Source: Microcystis aeruginosa NIES-2549
GTDB lineage: Bacteria > Cyanobacteriota > Cyanobacteriia > Cyanobacteriales > Microcystaceae
DNA: 32,000 bases
Assembly (NCBI RefSeq): GCF_000981785.2
Contig: NZ_CP011304.1
Coordinates: 570,001 to 602,000 of the forward strand
Reading direction: 5' to 3'
Below the pieces are notes generated by a model, which had not been told where the DNA came from, did not search any database, and saw only the letters and a list, made by a program, of their open reading frames with translations. The translations under genes and the position numbers were made by a program. The first letter of the stretch is position 1. Each line of letters begins with the position of its first letter. Positions 27,170-32,000 of the stretch are shown here, piece after piece.

Positions 27170-27246
27170 CAGTGATCAGTTACCAGTTATCAGATGGGAG
27201 TTTTCAGTTCACTGATTACTGATTACTGCTTACTGATAACTGAACA
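27170..27246. repeat. Back-to-back inverted heptamer arrays with the 17-mer anchor between them
   Basis: cagtgat cagttac cagttat cag spans 27170-27193. The reverse complement of CAGTGAACTGAAAACTC lies at 27198-27214. ctgatta x2, ctgctta, ctgataa and ctgaaca span 27212-27246. Confidence 0.9.
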
Positions 27247-27327
27247 ACCCCCAACCTGATTGAAACAAACAACCTGTCACCACGATCATTGATAATGTAT
27301 GTTGAGCTACTGTCTTGAATTAAGGTA

Positions 27328-29496
27328 ATGTTTAAGAAATTCCCCCCTCACACCCCGCTCCTTCTTGGACTAGGTTCTGGGGTTGCGCTTTTTACTCTCA
27401 CCAGTCTCTTTCTCTTTCACCCGAAAATTCTCGCTTGGCTCGATCGCAATAGTGCCTCGCTTCCTAGCCAAGATCCTAACCAACCCTCTGCCGTGGTTGA
27501 TAGCGCTTTCTTACCACAAACCGAGCGAGATGTCAAGTTAAAAGATGTGGCCGATGCCAATGCGCCCTCTTTAGATCGTAGTCGCGCCCGCTATCTCCTG
27601 GCTATGGATTTATTGAGAAAATATGAAGGGGGTCCGGCTTTAAAACAATTAGAAGGCTTAGAAAAACAATATCCTGTCCTCGCTCCCCAGATTCTCCTCA
27701 AACAGGGACGAGCCCAGGAATTAAGCAATGATAGTGAAAGAGCGCGAGAAATTTGGCAAAAATTAATTAAAACCTATCCCCAATCGCCCGTAGTGGCGGA
27801 AGCTTACTACTCTTTGGGCAAATACGACCCCAGTTATCAGGAAAAATTGCTCAAGGAATACCCCCGACACCCGCGCACTTTGGCTTTAATTCGCCAACGT
27901 CTTCAAGAAAATCCCGATCAATTTCCCCTATGGTTACAGTTAGCCAAGGCTAATCCTTTTGATCCTACCCTCAATCAAGCCCGCGATCGTTTGGTGAAAG
28001 ACTACGCCGAGCAGTTGACTCCAGCGGATTGGGCAATGATTGGGGCGGGTTATTGGCAGTCTGGATTGTACGAAAAAGCCTATAAAGCCTACGCTAAAGC
28101 CACTCCTAGCCCCGAACAAGCCTATCGTTACGCCCGCGGGCTACAAATTGCCAAAAAACTGCCAGAAGCTCGCAGCGCCTACCAAAAATTAATTAAAACC
28201 TATCCCCAGGCCCCAGAAACCGGTTTAGGATTACTGCGACTCGCCCAGATTTCTCCTAACCGCGATGCCATAGCATATCTCGATCGCATTGTCAAGCAAT
28301 TTCCCGATCGCGCTCCGGAAGCTTTGGAAGCGAAGGCCAAATTACTCAACTCAACTAATGCCCAGGCCGCTAGTCAAACATGGCAGACTTTATTAAATAA
28401 ATACCCAAAATCCGACGAAGCCGCCGATTATCGCTGGTTAATGGCCCAAAGAGCCGCTAAATCCGGTGATTACGCCAAGGCGTGGCAGTGGGCGCAGCCA
28501 ATTGCGGTTAATAATCCCGATAGTCAAACTGCCCCGAAAGCGGCCTTTTGGGTGGGAAAATGGGCGCAAAAACTCGGCAAAAACCAAGAAGCAAAACAAG
28601 CTTTTACCTACACTATTTCTCGTCATCCCCATTCCTATTATGCTTGGCGCTCGGCGGTTTTATTAGGTTGGGACGTGGGGGATTTTACCACTGTCCGCTC
28701 CTATAATCCTACCACCGTCAAACCCGCCACTCGTAACGATCCCCCCGCTGGTTCGGAAGCTTTCAAGGAATTATATCGAATTGGTGAAGATACGGATGCT
28801 TGGAATCTCTTCCAAGCAGAAATTGTCGATCCTTGGAATTTAACCGTTGACGAACAATTTAACCTCGGTGTCTATAAACTCTCTCGCAATCAAAATTTAG
28901 AAGGAATTAACCTGATTTGGCGCTTGCGAGAAAGAGATACCCCAGAGGAAAGGGAAGCATGGAAAGCCCTGCGACAAAATGATAAATACTGGCACGCTTT
29001 ATTCCCCTTTCCCTACTACAATAGCATCCTACAATGGTCAAAAGATAGACAATTAAATCCCCTGCTCGTGACGGCTTTAATCCGGCAAGAATCCCGCTTT
29101 GAAAAAGAAATTCGTTCTCCTGTGGGGGCAGTGGGATTAATGCAAATTATGCCCGATACGGGTAAATATATCGCGGGTAATACTGGCAATAAAAGTTATT
29201 CTTTAACTAATCCCGAAGATAACATTATGATGGGGACATGGTATCTCGATTATACCCACGGCAAATTCGCTGGAAATTCACTTTTTGCCGTGGCTAGTTA
29301 TAACGCCGGACCTGGGGCAGTTTCCAAATGGAAACAGCGTTTTGATTTTAGCGATCCCGATCAATTTGTCGAGAATATTCCCTTTAGAGAAACTAAGGGT
29401 TATATAGAATCGGTGTTTGGTAATTATTGGAATTATCTCCAGATTTATAACCCCGAAATTCAAGAGCAAATGAAGAGAATTACTAACCCTTCCTAG
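27328..29496 (+). CDS. Soluble lytic murein transglycosylase (Slt70-like, TPR/superhelical N-domain plus GH23 catalytic domain)
   Basis: The catalytic region is LIRQESRFEKEIRSPVGAVGLMQIMPDT...ASYNAGPG. The protein has an N-terminal signal/TM segment and a long helical-repeat region. Confidence 0.9.
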   Translation: MFKKFPPHTPLLLGLGSGVALFTLTSLFLFHPKILAWLDRNSASLPSQDPNQPSAVVDSAFLPQTERDVKLKDVADANAPSLDRSRARYLLAMDLLRKYEGGPALKQLEGLEKQYPVLAPQILLKQGRAQELSNDSERAREIWQKLIKTYPQSPVVAEAYYSLGKYDPSYQEKLLKEYPRHPRTLALIRQRLQENPDQFPLWLQLAKANPFDPTLNQARDRLVKDYAEQLTPADWAMIGAGYWQSGLYEKAYKAYAKATPSPEQAYRYARGLQIAKKLPEARSAYQKLIKTYPQAPETGLGLLRLAQISPNRDAIAYLDRIVKQFPDRAPEALEAKAKLLNSTNAQAASQTWQTLLNKYPKSDEAADYRWLMAQRAAKSGDYAKAWQWAQPIAVNNPDSQTAPKAAFWVGKWAQKLGKNQEAKQAFTYTISRHPHSYYAWRSAVLLGWDVGDFTTVRSYNPTTVKPATRNDPPAGSEAFKELYRIGEDTDAWNLFQAEIVDPWNLTVDEQFNLGVYKLSRNQNLEGINLIWRLRERDTPEEREAWKALRQNDKYWHALFPFPYYNSILQWSKDRQLNPLLVTALIRQESRFEKEIRSPVGAVGLMQIMPDTGKYIAGNTGNKSYSLTNPEDNIMMGTWYLDYTHGKFAGNSLFAVASYNAGPGAVSKWKQRFDFSDPDQFVENIPFRETKGYIESVFGNYWNYLQIYNPEIQEQMKRITNPS

Positions 29497-29551
29497 GGGA
29501 TTGATGGGGATGGGTAATTAACTCATTCCCTTACTAACTTTTTTCTTAATT

Positions 29552-30382
29552 ATGCAATCATTTAACTGGCAAACCGTCGATCAAGATTCTCCTTTTACTC
29601 GCCTAGATTTTCGGACAAAATTAACCATGATGATCGTGGTTACTCTCATCGCTTTTACTTGGGAAAGTCCCCTCGCTGGCGGTTTACTAACTCTTATTGT
29701 CGCTTTAGCTTGTCTCTGGGCGGGGGTAAAATGGTCTTATCTCCTCACCATTTTTAAATTCATGGCTCCTTTTTATCTATTCTTATTAATTACCATGGGA
29801 TTTTTTAATGTGGAACAGGTAAAAGCTTTAACGGGAAAAACTGAATTAACTCCCTTATTAACTATCGGTTCTGCTCAAATGACTGTCGAGGGAACCCTCT
29901 ACGGTTTAAATGTGATCTTTAAAACTCTCACCATGGTTTTAATTATTCCCCTCGCTATTTTTACCACTGATATAAATCAGATGATGGTGAGTTTAACTAA
30001 AGCCAGAATTCCCTACAAAATAGTCTTTATTTTTTCCTCTACCCTGCGTTTATTTCCTCTCCTAGTAGAAGAATCTCGCTCGATTATTTCTGCTCAAAGA
30101 TTACGAGGATTAGCAATAGAAAAAATGGGTTGGTTACAAAAAGGAAAAATTTATGCTTCTATCGCTGTACCTTTAATTTTAAACGCTATGGCTAAATCGC
30201 AAAAATTAGAGGTAGTTCTACAGGCTAAGGCTTTCTCTGGTGATCCCGATCGCACATTTTTACAGGAATCAATCTTAACCAATAAAGACTATTTATTAAT
30301 TATTGGCTTTCTATTTTTATTGGTTTTGGCAATTATTCTCTATGTAAAATTCGGGGTGGGAAAATTTGCCTGGTTGTTTTAA
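29552..30382 (+). CDS. Energy-coupling-factor transporter transmembrane component (EcfT/CbiQ family)
   Basis: The protein is polytopic, with RLDFRTKL near the N-terminus and the coupling-helix motif ISAQRLRGLA. Confidence 0.7.
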   Translation: MQSFNWQTVDQDSPFTRLDFRTKLTMMIVVTLIAFTWESPLAGGLLTLIVALACLWAGVKWSYLLTIFKFMAPFYLFLLITMGFFNVEQVKALTGKTELTPLLTIGSAQMTVEGTLYGLNVIFKTLTMVLIIPLAIFTTDINQMMVSLTKARIPYKIVFIFSSTLRLFPLLVEESRSIISAQRLRGLAIEKMGWLQKGKIYASIAVPLILNAMAKSQKLEVVLQAKAFSGDPDRTFLQESILTNKDYLLIIGFLFLLVLAIILYVKFGVGKFAWLF

Positions 30383-30391
30383 GATTAATCC

Positions 30392-30973
30392 CTATTGTAT
30401 AGCTCGATCGATCTGGGGATATAAAGCTTCTAAATCCCCGGAATTGTCCAAAACAATATCAGCTAAGGCAATTTTTTCGGCTAAAGGCATTTGATTATTA
30501 ATCCGAGCGATCGCTTGTTCCCTAGTTAAGTTATTTCTAGTCATTAAGCGTTGAATTTGTTGCTCTAAACCGCAGGAAACCACCCAAATCTCTGTGACTA
30601 AATAGGTTAATTTGGCTTCAAATAATAAAGGTATGGAAAAAACAACTATCGGGGCTTCTAACTGCTCTAAATGCCGCTTAAAACATTCTCTAACGTAGGG
30701 ATGAATCTGACTTTCTAACCAGATTTTTTCCTCGGGATTATTAAAAATAATCTCTCCTAACTGTTGGCGATTAAGGGAATTATCCTCAGTTTTAACTTTT
30801 CTGCCATAACGCACAAAAATTCTCTCTAAAATTGCCGAACCCTTTTCCACTGCTTCCCGGGCATAAATATCCGCATCAAGGACGGGAATTTTGTAGATAT
30901 TTTCTAAATAATTGGAAACCGTGGATTTACCACAGGCTATTCCCCCTGTTAACCCGATAATTCTTCTCGACAT
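30392..30973 (-). CDS. coaE: Dephospho-CoA kinase
   Basis: IIGLTGGIACGKST is the P-loop, followed by VLDADIYAREAV. 193 aa. Confidence 0.9.
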   Translation of the reverse strand: MSRRIIGLTGGIACGKSTVSNYLENIYKIPVLDADIYAREAVEKGSAILERIFVRYGRKVKTEDNSLNRQQLGEIIFNNPEEKIWLESQIHPYVRECFKRHLEQLEAPIVVFSIPLLFEAKLTYLVTEIWVVSCGLEQQIQRLMTRNNLTREQAIARINNQMPLAEKIALADIVLDNSGDLEALYPQIDRAIQ

Positions 30974-31001
30974 AAATTATTAAATTGCTAATCTCAATTA
31001 A

Positions 31002-31028
31002 GGTGCGTTACGCGCTCGCTAACACACC
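31002..31028 (-). repeat. GGTGTGTTA...TAACGCACC hairpin element (read on the - strand) between purC and coaE
   Basis: ggtgcgtta-(9 nt)-taacacacc is the same family as 7126-7153. On the minus transcript the imperfect position is a G.U pair; on the plus strand it would be a C/A mismatch. Confidence 0.55.
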
Positions 31029-31034
31029 CTAAAG

Positions 31035-31760
31035 TTATAAACTCTCTATCTGTTGTAAAACTCTTGCTTGTACTTGTTGATAGGCAGTTTCCACATCTCC
31101 TAAATCGCGACGAAAACGATCCTTATCGAGAATACGCGCTTGGGCATCCTCTTGGGTTTTATCCCAGAGACGACAGGTATCGGGGCTAATTTCATCACCT
31201 AGATAAATTTTGCCCGTTTTATCAACTCCAAATTCTAACTTAAAATCGACGAGAATAATCTGGCACTTATCAAAAAATTCCTGTAGATATTGATTGATTT
31301 GCAGGGCTAAATCTCGTAACTGATTGACTTGCTCCTCGCTGGCAATATCGATCACTTTTATGCGATCGGGCGTTAACAAAGGATCGCCCAAAGCATCATC
31401 CTTGAGGTAAAATTCTACGAGAGGAAAAGGTAAAACTTTCCCCTCCTTTAATCCCGTTTGCTTGCACAAACTCCCAGCGGCGATATTTCTGACTACTACT
31501 TCCAAGGGAATGATTTTAATCGCCTTGACGCGCATTTCCCTAGAACTAGGGCGATCAATATAATGGGTAGCTATTCCTAGGGATTCTAACCATTGAAATA
31601 GGGCAGTGGAGACAGTACAGTTAATTTCTCCTTTGCCGACAATTTGCCCACGTTTTTGGGCATTAAAAGCGGTGGCATCGTCTTTGTAATAAGTAAGGAG
31701 AATATCGGGATCATCGGTTTGATAGAGAATTTTGGCCTTGCCTTCATAGAGTTTTTCCAT
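31035..31760 (-). CDS. purC: Phosphoribosylaminoimidazole-succinocarboxamide (SAICAR) synthase
   Basis: MEKLYEGKAKILY, LEVVVRN and DEISPDTCRLWD are present. ATG at 31760 follows gagga. The track start at 31778 is a TTG that adds only 6 residues. Confidence 0.92.
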   Translation of the reverse strand: MEKLYEGKAKILYQTDDPDILLTYYKDDATAFNAQKRGQIVGKGEINCTVSTALFQWLESLGIATHYIDRPSSREMRVKAIKIIPLEVVVRNIAAGSLCKQTGLKEGKVLPFPLVEFYLKDDALGDPLLTPDRIKVIDIASEEQVNQLRDLALQINQYLQEFFDKCQIILVDFKLEFGVDKTGKIYLGDEISPDTCRLWDKTQEDAQARILDKDRFRRDLGDVETAYQQVQARVLQQIESL

Positions 31761-32000
31761 AGTTATCATCCTCGGCAATTGATAAACGAAAATCGATGGT
31801 TAATCAGATAGCGGCAGCAGCAAATTTTGGCGATCAACCTAGACAAAAAATTTATATCATCGGGGAGATGATTGTTGAAAAAAATAATGTATAATTGCTG
31901 CTTAAAGATAACTGTCAACATTTTGCGACCGAATCTTAACCTATAACCAAAAAGTGTCACGATTTAAGTGTCAATTTTTGGCGAATCAGCAAAGTTTCTA

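Noticed and set aside
31913-31975. I considered three TGTCA-containing motifs upstream of purC as a regulator site.
   Set aside because: The motif is short and AT-rich, has no clear symmetry or spacing, and lies near the window edge. The evidence is insufficient.

Overview
This 32 kb window looks like chromosomal DNA from a unicellular cyanobacterium. The lineage call is an inference from repeated HIP1 octamers GCGATCGC (e.g. 926-933, 14869-14876, 21243-21250), a cyanophycin cphB/cphA locus, and abundant heptamer (STRR-like) arrays of the kind seen in Microcystis-type genomes. Most of the window is housekeeping genes: trmD (partial), cphB, cphA, an Hsp20 chaperone, a STAS protein, an HdrB-like CCG protein, a GT2 glycosyltransferase, an FAD oxidoreductase, an SLH lipoprotein, a copper P-type ATPase, hemE, an SDR epimerase, an MsbA-like ABC exporter, cysC, a lytic transglycosylase, ecfT/cbiQ, coaE and purC. 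The standout is a compact insertion of about 1.4 kb between cphB and cphA. It holds a 365-aa ORF with a PLMP motif, a split RuvC fold and an arginine-rich bridge helix, but no HNH insert. That architecture matches IsrB, the HNH-less IscB relative (OMEGA RNA-guided nickase). The ORF is preceded by about 200-300 nt of structured non-coding DNA, a candidate omega-RNA, and is bracketed by near-identical hairpins like IS200/IS605 subterminal ends. No TnpA is present. The intergenic regions also carry several repeat families: paired inverted heptamer arrays sharing an exact 17-mer anchor, a 16-mer tandem array ending in a 30-nt palindrome, orientation-consistent GGGTGYGTTA...TAACRCACCC hairpins, and G/C-run hairpins. 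All product calls rest on motif recognition by eye, with no database search run.
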